The notes under the pieces were generated by a model. That model had not been told where the DNA came from, ran no database searches, and saw only the letters and a program-made list of their open reading frames with translations. The position numbers and the translations under genes are program-made. A stretch of DNA of 64,000 nt, from the NCBI GenBank assembly GCA_963703225.1, contig OY969801.1:2656001-2720000 (forward strand), in the 5' to 3' direction. Shown one piece after another: positions 49,288-57,659 of the stretch. This DNA comes from Candidatus Eiseniibacteriota bacterium. GTDB lineage: Bacteria; Eisenbacteria; RBG-16-71-46; SZUA-252. Within the stretch, counting starts at the first letter, position 1. The number at the start of each line of letters is the position of its first letter.

Positions 49288-50295
49288 GTGAGCTCCGTTC
49301 GTATCATTGACCAAGCCGGTGTGCGACGCCTCCTCCCCATGGACGAATGCGTTGGCCTCATGGCCGACGCGCTCAAGAGCTTGGCCCGTGGAGACGCCGT
49401 CCAGCCGCTCCGCGCGGTGACGCGGATCCCGAACCGACACCGATTTCTCGGCACGATGCCCGCCTACCTTGGCTCGCCGGCCGCGATCGGCGTCAAGGTC
49501 ATCACCGTATTCCCGGAGAACCACGGGACGCCGCTCGATTCCCATCAGGGCGCGGTGCTGCTCTTTGATCCGGAGTGCGGGAGCCTCCTCGCGATGATCG
49601 ACGCCACCTCGATCACCGAAATCCGCACCGCCGCGGCGAGCGCCGCCGCGACCGACGTGCTGGCGCGGCCCGACGCCGCGACGCTCGCCATCCTCGGCTC
49701 CGGGGTCCAGGCCTCGGCCCACGTCGCCGCCATGCGCGTCGTGCGGCCGATCGCCCGTATCAAAATCTGGAGCCGCGACCCCAAGCGCGCGCGCGAGTTC
49801 GCCCAGCGAGAGTCCGCACGGCATGGGATTTCGGTCGACCCGGCCCCGTCGGCACGCGAGGCCGTGGACGGAGCGGCCATCGTCTGTGTCGTGACAAGCG
49901 CCGGCGCTCCCGTCCTACAGGGCGACTGGCTCGCGCCGGGGACGCACGTCAACGCGGTCGGCGCCTGCATCCCAACGGCCCGCGAGCTCGACACCACGGC
50001 CGTCAGGCGGTCGCGGGTGTTCGTCGATCGGCGCGAGTCTGCGCTGGGCGAGGCGGGCGACCTCTTAATCCCGATCCAGGAAGGTGCAATCGGGACGGAC
50101 CACATCGTGGCGGAGATCGGCGATGTGCTCCTGGGCAAGGTGAAGGGCCGCGCCTCGGCGGAGGAGATCACCCTGTTCAAGTCGTTGGGCTTGGCGGTCG
50201 AGGATCTCGCCGCGGCGCGCCGGGTCTACGCCGGGGCCGCGGCGGCCGGTGTGGGCACCGTCGTGGAGCTGGGTGGAGCGCGTCTTGACCCTTGA
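49288..50295 (+). CDS. Ornithine cyclodeaminase/mu-crystallin family protein
   Basis: GVKVITVFPEN, SHQG, ITEIRTAAAS, GSGVQA, HVNAVG and FKSLGLAVED. Confidence 0.93.
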   Translation: MSSVRIIDQAGVRRLLPMDECVGLMADALKSLARGDAVQPLRAVTRIPNRHRFLGTMPAYLGSPAAIGVKVITVFPENHGTPLDSHQGAVLLFDPECGSLLAMIDATSITEIRTAAASAAATDVLARPDAATLAILGSGVQASAHVAAMRVVRPIARIKIWSRDPKRAREFAQRESARHGISVDPAPSAREAVDGAAIVCVVTSAGAPVLQGDWLAPGTHVNAVGACIPTARELDTTAVRRSRVFVDRRESALGEAGDLLIPIQEGAIGTDHIVAEIGDVLLGKVKGRASAEEITLFKSLGLAVEDLAAARRVYAGAAAAGVGTVVELGGARLDP

Positions 50296-50422
50296 AGCGC
50301 CCGATATCGGCGCCAGCCCCAAGCCCGCGGTGGCGGCGTGGGACGCCGTGTTCGCGCGGCCGAGGCGCTAACCGTGGCGATTTGGTCCAAGCCGCGCCGC
50401 GCGCGCGACGCCGCCCGATCCG

Positions 50423-50450
50423 TAAAGGTGGGGCGCCAAGGGGCCGATTC
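50423..50450 (+). promoter_or_regulatory. Putative sigma28 (FliA/WhiG)-type promoter
   Basis: TAAAG-N15-GCCGATTC; GTG 7 nt downstream. Confidence 0.5.
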
Positions 50451-50457
50451 TCATAGG

Positions 50458-50973
50458 GTGAACCCGCCCTGGACGACCCACGAGCTCCGGAACATTTCCG
50501 TGGTCCAGCACCTGGCACGCCGGGTCTGGTCAACGTTTGTCATCACATTCATCATCTCGCGGGCCACGGTCCTCGTGACGAACGCGGCCTGGTTCCCCAA
50601 GTTCCACGTCCAGCTCGGCGACACCCACGTCCATCACCTCAACTTTGGGATCGGACTCCTCACGATCGCCGGAGGGTACCTGCTCTTCGTTCGACCCACC
50701 GGGCGGGCGCTGGGAGTCGCCGCGTACGTCTACGCCATCGGCTTGGGTCTCACATTCGACGAATTTGGGATGTGGTTTCACCTCGACGACGTCTATTGGC
50801 AGCGCGCCAGCTTCGACGCGGTGGTCCTGATCGCGTCGCTACTGGGACTGCTCATCGTCGCGCCATCGCTCCGCCGCTTCCGCGCGCGCCACTGGGCCAC
50901 GGCCATCGGCCTCGTCGTTGCGGTGGCGATCTTCGGCGCGCTGGTGCTGAAACCGTTCTGGGGCGCGGGCTAG
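50458..50973 (+). CDS. Conserved hypothetical membrane protein
   Basis: HVHHLNFGI...GIGL-LTFDEF-MW--L-D-YW motif; 5 TM helices. Confidence 0.8.
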   Translation: MNPPWTTHELRNISVVQHLARRVWSTFVITFIISRATVLVTNAAWFPKFHVQLGDTHVHHLNFGIGLLTIAGGYLLFVRPTGRALGVAAYVYAIGLGLTFDEFGMWFHLDDVYWQRASFDAVVLIASLLGLLIVAPSLRRFRARHWATAIGLVVAVAIFGALVLKPFWGAG

Positions 50974-51073
50974 TCGAATCGAAAACTCCGCGCGAGCCCG
51001 AGGATGAAGCCCCCTAGCCGGCCGCGCGAGGAATCGGTACCCTATTCCAACAAACTCAAAGGAGGGGGTCACC

Positions 51074-51394
51074 ATGCCGAAATATCTCTGGAAGGGGAAT
51101 TACAGTCCGGAAGGGGCCAGGGGGCTGAAGAAGGAGGGTGGGACCGCGCGCGTGAAGGCGGTGGAGGAGCTGGTGCAAAGCGTCGGCGGCAAGCTGGAGG
51201 CTTATTACTACGCCTTTGGCGAGCACGATGCCTATCTGATCGTCGACTTTCCCAGCAACGCGGCCGCCGCGGCGGTCAGCATGGCGATCGCGGTAGCCGG
51301 GGTCACCAAGATCCAGACGATCCCGCTCCTGACCATGGAAGAGGTCGACCAGGCCTCCAAGATGCCGGCCCGCTACCGCCCACCCGGGACCTGA
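51074..51394 (+). CDS. GYD domain protein
   Basis: Y--EG--GL..GGKLE--YYAFGEHD; SD AAGGAGG. Confidence 0.9.
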   Translation: MPKYLWKGNYSPEGARGLKKEGGTARVKAVEELVQSVGGKLEAYYYAFGEHDAYLIVDFPSNAAAAAVSMAIAVAGVTKIQTIPLLTMEEVDQASKMPARYRPPGT

Positions 51395-51432
51395 CCCACC
51401 CGACCCCGGCCCGTCCCCGAGAAGGATCCATC

Positions 51433-51987
51433 GTGCGCCGCTCGCTCCTGTGTCACGCCGCCCAGATGCTGCTGCTCCTCGCCATGGGGCTTGCCGCGCT
51501 TCCCGCCAGCGGGACCGCGGAGGAGACCATCACCAACGAAACCGTGGTGGAGGGCTCGACCGACACCGTCTGGCGCCTACTCACCACCGAGCAAGGTCTC
51601 GAGTCGTGGATCGTGCCGCACGCGAACGTCGACCTTCGGGTGGGGGGATTCTTGCGGACCAACCACATTCGAGACGGGAAGATCGGCGACGAAAACACCG
51701 TCACGAACAAGATCCTCACCGTGAATTCGAAGAAGAAACTGGCGATCAAACTGGTGGAGGCACCCACGAGCATCCCGCTCGCGGCAAACCTGGTCGGAAC
51801 CTGGTACGAGATTTCGTTGAGCGCGCTGCCCAAGAACCAGACGCGAGTCCGATGCGTGGGCCATGGCTTTTCCGAGGGCCCGATGGGATACATGGGGAGG
51901 ACGATCGCGGGACAGGGAAATTCCTGGGCACTTCTGCAGCTACAGAAGTATTGCCTCGCGCGAAAGACGAGCCGCCCGGCCAAGTGA
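51433..51987 (+). CDS. Secreted SRPBCC/START-like domain protein
   Basis: Signal peptide; VWRLLTT-QGL-SW----A-VDLRVGG. Confidence 0.8.
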   Translation: MRRSLLCHAAQMLLLLAMGLAALPASGTAEETITNETVVEGSTDTVWRLLTTEQGLESWIVPHANVDLRVGGFLRTNHIRDGKIGDENTVTNKILTVNSKKKLAIKLVEAPTSIPLAANLVGTWYEISLSALPKNQTRVRCVGHGFSEGPMGYMGRTIAGQGNSWALLQLQKYCLARKTSRPAK

Positions 51988-52004
51988 ACCTCGGCCGCGG
52001 GGCC

Positions 52005-52766
52005 TCACCTCAAGACCTTTTCCTGGCGCCCCACTCCCCGATGCGTCGAGATCGAGACGCTCTCTTCGGTCGCTCCATCTCCGTCCACCGCGAGCACGTC
52101 GCCATGGGGCGACAGGATGACGACCCGATGCGCGCGAGTCGATGGCATGAATGTGCCGTCGTCATAGGTCCAAAGGAGGTTGAGCTGGGCGACATAGACA
52201 TCGGAGTACGTCTTGGTGCCCAGCAGGAATGTGTCGCGAGGTGCGATCGTCGCCCGATAGCTCAGATCGCTCCAGAAGAGCGGCTGGGCGCCGGCCTCCC
52301 GGAAGAGCCGATCGCGGAACATATGGGTCAGCCTTAGGTAGTGTTCCAGCGCCCCCACCGTGATCGCGTAGGGAACCCGGCTCTCGCCCACCCCGCGACA
52401 CCACCAGAGGGGAACCTGTGCGGAATCCGACCCCACCTCATATCCCTTCTCGGAGGCGATCCGGATCAGAAGGTCGCGCGGCGGATAGGCGGCCTCCGCG
52501 ATTCCAAGAAGGCGGCCTGAAGTGGAATCGGGGAATCCCCGATGGATCGCGTAGGTGAAGTCGCCGGTGCCTTCCTTCGATTGCCTCGGGCGCGAAGCGA
52601 ACGCCTGAGAGGAATCGACGAAGTAGCCGGCCAGGGAGGCCGGCTGGGGTGCGGAGGCTATCGCACCAGGGCGATCCGCCGCGTGAGCGACCATGAATCC
52701 GAGCGCAAGCAGAGGAAGTAGATACCTGATGACGCGCTGGCGCCGCTTTCGAGCCTGCCGTCCCAT
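52005..52766 (-). CDS. Hypothetical exported protein
   Basis: SD GGGAGGA; basic n-region, hydrophobic h-region and AHA cleavage site; overlaps the upstream gene by 109 bp. Confidence 0.6.
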   Translation of the reverse strand: MGRQARKRRQRVIRYLLPLLALGFMVAHAADRPGAIASAPQPASLAGYFVDSSQAFASRPRQSKEGTGDFTYAIHRGFPDSTSGRLLGIAEAAYPPRDLLIRIASEKGYEVGSDSAQVPLWWCRGVGESRVPYAITVGALEHYLRLTHMFRDRLFREAGAQPLFWSDLSYRATIAPRDTFLLGTKTYSDVYVAQLNLLWTYDDGTFMPSTRAHRVVILSPHGDVLAVDGDGATEESVSISTHRGVGRQEKVLR

Positions 52767-54820
52767 CGAGACGGAGTCCTCCCGGCCGGAGTGATTCCCT
52801 GGGCCAAGGTTCGCACGTGTCGTCCCGTCAGGTCAAATACCTCGAGCGTGACCTCTTCGGCCTGGGCGAGCCCGATCTCCATCCGCACTTCCTTACGGAA
52901 CGGAACGGGACTCAGGAACCGGAGCTCGGCCTGGGGGACCGGCGGAGGAGTGGGGTTCACCCCGGTCGGGGCCGATGGCTGATACCTCGTCATCACGGTC
53001 ACCGTGCGCTGGGCGCCGGGCGCCACCGAGCCGAAATCGAACCCGAGCGCCATCCCCACCGCCTGCGGGCCGGCGGTATCGGCTCCGGTTAACGCTTGAT
53101 CCGCGGCGACGCGGGCGATGAGTTGGGACGAGGTGTCAACATCGGAGCTGTAGGCGACGCCGCTGCTACCGGTACCCCAGTGCACGAACCACCGGGTCGG
53201 CGCCGCCAGGTCATACTGTCCCAACACGGCGCTCTGTCCCATGCCCGCGGGCGAGACCTCGAGGGCGTTGTCTGGATCGCCGCGCAGCAACGGGGTGACC
53301 AGGTCGACGTAGGACAGATTTCGGGACCCCGTCGCCCTGTTCGTGAACACGAATTGGCGGGTCAGCGTGCCGCTCACGGTCTCGACGCACGCTTGCAGAT
53401 CGATGTCGAACGGATCCAGCCGCATGTGAGATGTGAGGCAATTGCCGACAATCTCGGCACAATCGCGGATGGCCGAGTTCTTGATGTAACCCACGCCGCG
53501 GATCTTGGATCCCAAATCAGCGAAGGGCACGATTCCGGGCAGGATGGCGTTCCCCGGCGAACTCGAGCCAAGCACGTCGCCCAGCGCGATCTGCGTCTGG
53601 AGCGTCGGCATGTCCGCCTCCGCGACGGGCGCCTTGGGCACGATCTTGTAGATCTCCCCATCCTGATCGCAGACGTAGATCTCTCCGCGCGCATCCTCCC
53701 CGAAGCTCGTGATGTTGTTGATGGCGAGGCCGCCGCCGGGCGCGATGGCGGCCGTCCGGTCGATAACGTTGACCAACGAGCCGCCCTGGAACCGGCCCGA
53801 CCAGATTTGGCCGGTGCAATAGTCGGCGAAGAAATAGGTGCCGTTGAGATCGGGGATGTCGCATCCCCGGTAGACATACCCGCCGGTGATCGAGCAGCGC
53901 CCGCCGCCATGGGAGTATTCGTACGCGGGGAATGTCTTGGGGCAGCCGCTCGCGGCGCATGAGCCGCAGGGGATGGTCGTGCTCGACAGATAGGGGAGCG
54001 ATCCCTCGAAGCAGCGCCAGCCGAAGTTGGCACCCGCCCCGGTCCCCGCCGGAATGAAATCGATCTCTTCCTGCTGGCTCTGCCCCACGTCGGCAATGAC
54101 AAAATCGCCGGTCTCGCGGTCGAACGAAGCCCGCCATGGATTGCGGAGCCCGTACATCCATATCTCGTCCAGCCCAGGCGTCGCGCCCGCGAAGGGATTG
54201 GTGGGTGGGCTCGTATAAGTCGGCCCGCTCACGTCGAGCCGCAACATCTTTCCGAGAAGAACGTTGATGCTCTGGGCCCGATCTCCCGGGTCGTTGGCGT
54301 CGCCGCCGTCTCCCTGGGAGAAGTAGAGGTAGCCGTCGGGCCCAAATCCCAGCCAGCCGCCGTTGTGGTTGGTGAAGGGATGGGAGATCTGGAGGATGAC
54401 GGCGCCGGTTGCGTTTGCGACGTCGGGGTTCGCGCTGACCGTGCGCCGCTCGACGGTGACGGTCCCGCCGGCGTCGGTGTAGCTGATATAGAGCCGGCCG
54501 GACGTCGCATAGTCGGGCGCGAAGGCGAGCCCCAAGAGCCCCTGCTCCCCACCGGTCGAGAGGACATCGGTGGCCAGAAACGGCGTGCCGAGTGTCGTCC
54601 CGCCCTTGACGATCTTGACCCGCCCCCGATTGTCGGTGCCGCGCTGCTCCACCACGAAGAGGCGCGTCGTGTCCCCAGGCGGCGCGGTGACGTAGAGCGG
54701 CAGGCTGAACCCGGAAGCGACGCGCACGGTGGACAGAGAGGTTGCGGCAGCCGCTTCCAGGCTGTGGCCCAGGAGGCCGAGGAGGCCCAAGAATAGAAGA
54801 ATCCTACGCGGGATGATCAT
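52658..54820 (-). CDS. Secreted PQQ-dependent sugar dehydrogenase (GSDH/Asd family) with C-terminal FlgD-Ig-like domain
   Basis: GEQGLLGLAF, NHNGG-L-FGPDGYLY, GLRNPWR-SFD, DVGQ---EEI and SFGED; C-terminal GRHVRTL...WDGR...SSGIYF. Confidence 0.92.
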   Translation of the reverse strand: MIIPRRILLFLGLLGLLGHSLEAAAATSLSTVRVASGFSLPLYVTAPPGDTTRLFVVEQRGTDNRGRVKIVKGGTTLGTPFLATDVLSTGGEQGLLGLAFAPDYATSGRLYISYTDAGGTVTVERRTVSANPDVANATGAVILQISHPFTNHNGGWLGFGPDGYLYFSQGDGGDANDPGDRAQSINVLLGKMLRLDVSGPTYTSPPTNPFAGATPGLDEIWMYGLRNPWRASFDRETGDFVIADVGQSQQEEIDFIPAGTGAGANFGWRCFEGSLPYLSSTTIPCGSCAASGCPKTFPAYEYSHGGGRCSITGGYVYRGCDIPDLNGTYFFADYCTGQIWSGRFQGGSLVNVIDRTAAIAPGGGLAINNITSFGEDARGEIYVCDQDGEIYKIVPKAPVAEADMPTLQTQIALGDVLGSSSPGNAILPGIVPFADLGSKIRGVGYIKNSAIRDCAEIVGNCLTSHMRLDPFDIDLQACVETVSGTLTRQFVFTNRATGSRNLSYVDLVTPLLRGDPDNALEVSPAGMGQSAVLGQYDLAAPTRWFVHWGTGSSGVAYSSDVDTSSQLIARVAADQALTGADTAGPQAVGMALGFDFGSVAPGAQRTVTVMTRYQPSAPTGVNPTPPPVPQAELRFLSPVPFRKEVRMEIGLAQAEEVTLEVFDLTGRHVRTLAQGITPAGRTPSRWDGRLESGASASSGIYFLCLRSDSWSLTRRIALVR

Positions 54821-54899
54821 GGTGTGACCCCGTGGCTGCGACCCCGACGTATGGAGCGCGGGCCCCGACGGCTCTGCCGCCGGGGCCGCACGCCTTGTA

Positions 54900-55502
54900 T
54901 CAGCCGCGCGCTGGGGCGCGGCCCTCGTCCCGGCTCCCCGTCCGGAACGGCTCTGCCAGGACGACCTTGACCCCTGAAATGGTCTGGGTCAGGACGCCCC
55001 GAACTTGCTCGAGAGCGGTGGAGCTGACTTCCCCTGCCGCCTGGATGACACCGCGAGCCGCGGCTGCGGCCGCATCCTCGGCGCTCACACCCAGGTCACG
55101 CGCGGTTTCGATCGCCCCCTCCACGGCTCCGCGGGCGGCATCCGTAACGCTGCCGCCGACGGACGCCACACCCTTCACCACCGCCGCCGCGCTCGAGCTG
55201 ATGGTCTCCAGCCCCGCCTTCCCTACGTGCCGGGTACCGCGCAGCGTCCCGACGATGATCGATTTCGCGGCCACTCCAACCTCTCCGCCGACCTCGGCCA
55301 CGGCGTGCACGGCTCCCGTCACCATGTCGACGGTGAGACCCAGGAGCTCCGCTCCCGCGGCGCGCGTTCCCTTGATGGTACGCGCCACGGTGTTGCTCAC
55401 CGCATCGGAGATCGCGCTTGCGATGTCGCTCGCGCCTTCGATCATCGATACGATCTGGTCCTTGGACTCCGTTACGAGCCCTCGATCTTCCTTGGAGTTC
55501 AT
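54900..55502 (-). CDS. Ala/Gly/Val-rich amphipathic helical hypothetical protein
   Basis: 200-aa ORF with strong SD AAGGAGG and internal G(A/V)x2-3(V/A)xxVG-type repeats. Confidence 0.75.
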   Translation of the reverse strand: MNSKEDRGLVTESKDQIVSMIEGASDIASAISDAVSNTVARTIKGTRAAGAELLGLTVDMVTGAVHAVAEVGGEVGVAAKSIIVGTLRGTRHVGKAGLETISSSAAAVVKGVASVGGSVTDAARGAVEGAIETARDLGVSAEDAAAAAARGVIQAAGEVSSTALEQVRGVLTQTISGVKVVLAEPFRTGSRDEGRAPARG

Positions 55503-55598
55503 GGCATTCCTCCTTCCTGGTGGTTGCTTCGACCCCCCACCAAGTGGGGACGCGCGTCCAACGGGGTCTCATGACCCGGCCGGCCGATTCGTGACTCG

Positions 55599-55614
55599 AG
55601 CATGGCACATGCCA
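55599..55614 (-). promoter_or_regulatory. sigma54 (-24/-12) promoter
   Basis: Minus strand TGGCATGTGCCATGCT contains GG-N10-GC, about 100 nt upstream of the ATG at 55502. Confidence 0.65.
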
Positions 55615-55717
55615 TCCGGGTGGTCGGATCCGGGCGAAACCGAGCAAAGTGTTGGCGGGTCAGCGATCTGGGCGGGACGCACTTGCGGTTGGTCGGGGGC
55701 GTCCCTAGGGCGAGCGA

Positions 55718-55750
55718 TGTCCGAGTCGGTACAGTGCACGATATCGGACA
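55718..55750. promoter_or_regulatory. Paired enhancer-like sites for a sigma54 activator
   Basis: TGT-N10-ACA (55718-55733) and TGC-N10-ACA (55735-55750), 105-135 bp upstream of the -24 element. Confidence 0.5.
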
Positions 55751-55774
55751 GAAACCGACGCGGACGACAGCGGC

Positions 55775-57574
55775 TCAATCCGTCCGACGTTTCTCCAGGC
55801 TGGCTCGTCGGACCGCCTCGAGCGCTTCCTCCACGGCCCGGCGAATATCCTCGCGCACGCTCTTGACCTCGCGGTTCAGCACCGCGAGCGCGGCGGGCGT
55901 CCCAATCCAGGCCAGGGCCAGCGCGGCCTCCTTCTTTCCACCCTGCTCCGTCCGGAAGAGTCCGCCGCGCGTCAGAACTCTGTCGAGCCGCGGCACCATG
56001 ACGTCCGAGCCCGAGCGTCCCAGCGCGACGAAGAAGACCGAGCGCTCCTCGGCGTCGCGGGTGGCGAATTCGGGTGATTCGATCACGCTCCAGAGCACCT
56101 GCGCGGCGCGCTCGTCGACGCGCTTTCCAACCAGCTGCGCGACCAGGATGCGGATGCTGCGGTCCGTGTCCCGCAGCGCGGAATTGAGGTAGGCTCGGCT
56201 GGTGGCGCTGTCGATTCCCCCCAGCGCGCGCACCGCTTCCTTTCGTACCCGCACGTCGGCGTGGTAGAGCGCCTCGCCCAGAGCGCGTTCCACGCCTTGG
56301 TGCCCGATCCGCCCGAGCACGTAGAGAATGTTGCGCACCACGAACCAGCGAGAATCGGAGAGCCGCTGGATCAGGATCTCGACGTTGTTCTTGCACGTGA
56401 TCGCAAGCGCCTCGCAGAGAGCGCGGCGCATCTTCATGTCATCGATGTCGCCGAGGAGATCGCAGAGCGTGGGCGCGGCCGAGGAGCCGAGATGGACCAG
56501 GAACGTGGTGAGCGCGTCAAAATCGACTTCCTTCTGGCGGTTCAGGACCGCGCCGAACTGGACCATCAAATCCCGTCGGCCAATCTCCCGGATCACCTGA
56601 TCCGTGGCCGCCGAGAAATCACTCCGGGCGGTCGATTTGGCCGCGGGAAGGCCGCGAAGGATATCCATCAATCGATTGGCTCGCGCGAGATCGCCCGCCA
56701 GAATCGCGATCTCGATGAGGCGCCCCATGATCGCCGCCGCGTCCAGGTAGGCTTTGGGATCCTCCTCCGCGATGAGGACCGTCGAGAGGATCTCGAGCAC
56801 CTGGTCTTGGGGTGAGTTTGCTTCTTCGAGTCGCGCGACCATCCGGATGTTCTCGGCCTCGACATCGGTGAGGGCGAACTGGTCGCGCATCGACTCATCC
56901 CATGCCCGGGGCGGGTCAGCGCGAAAGCCCCAGTCGTCGGAGCGCCCTTCCAATTGGCCGTTCCGTCCGGGCTCCGGATCCGTATCCTCCAGGACTCCCC
57001 CCGGCCACGGAATGCCGCCATCTTCATCACCACTCTTTCCGGCGCGGCCCGGCATGCTCAGGCGCGGCTGCGGATCCTCGAGCGGAACGCTGGTGTAGGC
57101 GATGTGGGGGAAGTTCCGCTCCCAGAGAAGCGTCACGACGTCGTCGGGCCCTTCTTCCGTCACCTCCAGCGCCGACTTCATGACGAACACGAAGTCGCGC
57201 AGCTCCTCGAGGCGGAGTCCCTGGCGCAGCACGAACTCGGTCACCCCGCCGCGGTAGAGCGCGGCCGCCAGCGAGCCCTCCTGTTTCTTGCTGTGAAAGA
57301 CCGTGCGGCCCGCGTAGAGAAGATCAAAGTCTTCGACCGTGATGGCGAGGTCGCCGATCTGATCCAGACAGTCGAGCGTCAACTCCTCGAGGGCGGACTG
57401 CGAGTTCTGCACGGCGGGATCGTCGTAGGGGTGTAGCCGGCGAGCTTCGATGGCGCGGATAAATGCCTCCGCCCAGCCCTCGACCCGCTCCGCGTCGGAC
57501 GCGAAGATGTGGTCTCGGACTAAGTCCGCCTTCTCTTTGGGAACGGTGGCGTTGTCAGGCCTGGTCCGGTCCAT
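55775..57574 (-). CDS. HEAT-repeat domain protein
   Basis: N-terminal LHPYDDP...LY-GG...L---EL--F and TLLWE--FPHI-Y; C-terminal D-RWFVVRN and VRKEAVRALG repeats. Confidence 0.85.
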   Translation of the reverse strand: MDRTRPDNATVPKEKADLVRDHIFASDAERVEGWAEAFIRAIEARRLHPYDDPAVQNSQSALEELTLDCLDQIGDLAITVEDFDLLYAGRTVFHSKKQEGSLAAALYRGGVTEFVLRQGLRLEELRDFVFVMKSALEVTEEGPDDVVTLLWERNFPHIAYTSVPLEDPQPRLSMPGRAGKSGDEDGGIPWPGGVLEDTDPEPGRNGQLEGRSDDWGFRADPPRAWDESMRDQFALTDVEAENIRMVARLEEANSPQDQVLEILSTVLIAEEDPKAYLDAAAIMGRLIEIAILAGDLARANRLMDILRGLPAAKSTARSDFSAATDQVIREIGRRDLMVQFGAVLNRQKEVDFDALTTFLVHLGSSAAPTLCDLLGDIDDMKMRRALCEALAITCKNNVEILIQRLSDSRWFVVRNILYVLGRIGHQGVERALGEALYHADVRVRKEAVRALGGIDSATSRAYLNSALRDTDRSIRILVAQLVGKRVDERAAQVLWSVIESPEFATRDAEERSVFFVALGRSGSDVMVPRLDRVLTRGGLFRTEQGGKKEAALALAWIGTPAALAVLNREVKSVREDIRRAVEEALEAVRRASLEKRRTD

Positions 57575-57584
57575 ATCGCCGGAA

Positions 57585-57612
57585 TCATCGGCCCCGCGTG
57601 GGCGTAACTTTA
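57585..57612 (-). promoter_or_regulatory. Putative sigma28-type promoter
   Basis: Minus strand TAAAG-N15-GCCGATGA; ATG 10 nt downstream. Confidence 0.55.
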
Positions 57613-57659
57613 GCCGGGCCAAGGCTCTCGGGCGGAGTGCGGCGCCCTCGAATCGGCCG

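Noticed and set aside
54861..54887. Strong GC hairpin after the 54900 gene as an intrinsic terminator
   Set aside because: There is no U-tract on either strand; it may be a stabilising or pause hairpin, but I cannot call it.
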